Positions 62,485 through 64,000 of a DNA stretch of 64,000 nucleotides are shown here, in pieces. The stretch comes from Eledone cirrhosa. Its lineage: Eukaryota. Location: contig OZ024746.1 in NCBI GenBank assembly GCA_964016885.1, positions 96,100,001 through 96,164,000 on the forward strand, in the 5' to 3' direction. The first letter of the stretch is position 1; each line of letters starts with the position of its first letter. Below the pieces are notes generated by a model, which saw nothing but the letters and a program-made list of their open reading frames with translations, was not told where the DNA came from and ran no database searches. The translations under genes and the position numbers were made by a program.

Positions 62485-63729
62485 CTGAGTTCAAATCCTA
62501 CCTCACTCTGATCTCTTAGTTCAAATCCTACCTCACTCTGATCTCTTAGTTCAAATCCTACCTCTCACTGATCTCTTAGTTCAAATCCTACCTCTCACTG
62601 ATCTCTTAGTTCAAATCCCACCTCTCACTGATCTCTTAGTTCAAATCCTACCTCACTCTGATCTCTTAGTTCAAATCCTACCTCACTCTGATCTCTTAGT
62701 TCAAATCCTACCTCACTCTGATCTCTTAGTTCAAATCCTACCTCTCACTGATCTCTTAGTTCAAATCCTACCTCTCACTGATCTCTTAGTTCAAATCCCA
62801 CCTCTCACTGATCTCTTAGTTCAAATCCTACCTCACTCTGATCTCTTAGTTCAAATCCTACCTCTCACTGATCTCTTAGTTCAAATCCTACCTCACTCTG
62901 ATCTCTTAGTTCAAATCCTACCTCTCACTGATCTCTTAGTTCAAATCCTACCTCACTCTGATCTCTTAGTTCAAATCCTACCTCACTCTGATCTCTTAGT
63001 TCAAATCCTACCTCACTCTGATCTCTTAGTTCAAATCCTACCTCTCACTGATCTCTTAGTTCAAATCCTACCTCTCACTGATCTCTCAGTTCAAATCCTA
63101 CCTCTCACTGATCTCTTAGTTCAAATCCCACCTCTCACTGATCTCTTAGTTCAAATCCTACCTCTCACTGATCTCTTAGTTCAAATCCTACCTCTCACTG
63201 ATCTCTTAGTTCAAATCCTACCTCACTCTGATCTCTTAGTTCAAATCCTACCTCTCACTGATCTCTTAGTTCAAATCCTACCTCACTCTGATCTCTTAGT
63301 TCAAATCCTACCTCTCACTGATCTCTTAGTTCAAATCCTACCTCTCACTGATCTCTTAGTTCAAATCCTACCTCACTCTGATCTCTTAGTTCAAATCCTA
63401 CCTCTCACTGATCTCTTAGTTCAAATCCTACCTCACTCTGATCTCTTAGTTCAAATCCTACCTCACTCTGATCTCTTAGTTCAAATCCTACCTCTCACTG
63501 ATCTCTTAGTTCAAATCCTACCTCTCACTGATCTCTTAGTTCAAATCCCACCTCTCACTGATCTCTTAGTTCAAATCCCACCTCTCACTGATCTCTTAGT
63601 TCAAATCCTACCTCTCACTGATCTCTTAGTTCAAATCCTACCTCACTCTGATCTCTTAGTTCAAATCCTACCTCTCACTGATCTCTTAGTTCAAATCCTA
63701 CCTCTCACTGATCTCTCAGTTCAAATCCC
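62485..63729. repeat. 30 bp minisatellite, ~41 copies
   Basis: Unit TCAAATCCTACCTC(ACTCTG|TCACTG)ATCTCTTAGT. Degenerate precursor units at 62410-62485. Confidence 0.97.
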
Positions 63730-63875
63730 TTTTCAATGTCTAGTTTGCGTTTCATCCTTTTATATTCTTCTCACTTCTGACCTTTATCAATTCCCACTTC
63801 CTCCCGTATTCTGTACTAATATTCCTTTACTCTTTTAATAGTTTGTCATCTGACTGGGGCCATGTTGGAGCACCA

Positions 63876-64000
63876 CCTTAAAGGGATTTTGTAGATAATA
63901 TCTACCGTAAACGGATTTTGTAGATAATATCTACCGTAAACGGATTTTGTAGATAATATCTACCTTAAAGGGATTTTGTAGATAATATCTACCTTAAAGG
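63876..64000. repeat. 29 bp tandem repeat running off the window end
   Basis: Unit CCTTAAAGGGATTTTGTAGATAATATCTA. Confidence 0.9.

Overview
Animal genomic DNA, AT-rich and very repeat-dense. The tRNA-derived SINEs, RTE LINEs and (TA)n/(CA)n load look like an octopus or other coleoid cephalopod, which is my inference. The only host gene found is a class I myosin of the MYO1C/MYO1H (Drosophila Myo61F) type on the + strand. Eight GT-AG coding exons (35960-61753, 328 codons) encode the N-terminal part of the motor domain, and the gene continues past the window. The first 35.8 kb has no recognisable exon and is probably a large 5'UTR intron or intergenic DNA. Nearly everything else is mobile or repetitive: several RTE-clade LINE families, two SINE groups, TTAA-flanked piggyBac-like MITEs, a hAT MITE, Helitrons, a mariner relic, CRE- and Vingi/Ingi-like fragments, and mini/microsatellites. 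Most notable: (1) five (TA)n-embedded fold-back elements in the first 10.6 kb, several carrying pieces of Penelope-type minimal hammerhead ribozymes, including a U3-A8 variant core; (2) a PHD-type C4HC3 finger inserted inside the RT domain of the main RTE family; (3) long inverted repeats that could form ADAR substrates, one 58 bp before a myosin exon; (4) minisatellites that arose from TE sequence, including about 41 tandem Pol III B-box-like motifs; (5) a modular SINE family and a bipartite RTE-derived element tied to (ATGT)n. Repeat family names come from motif recognition, not database searches.
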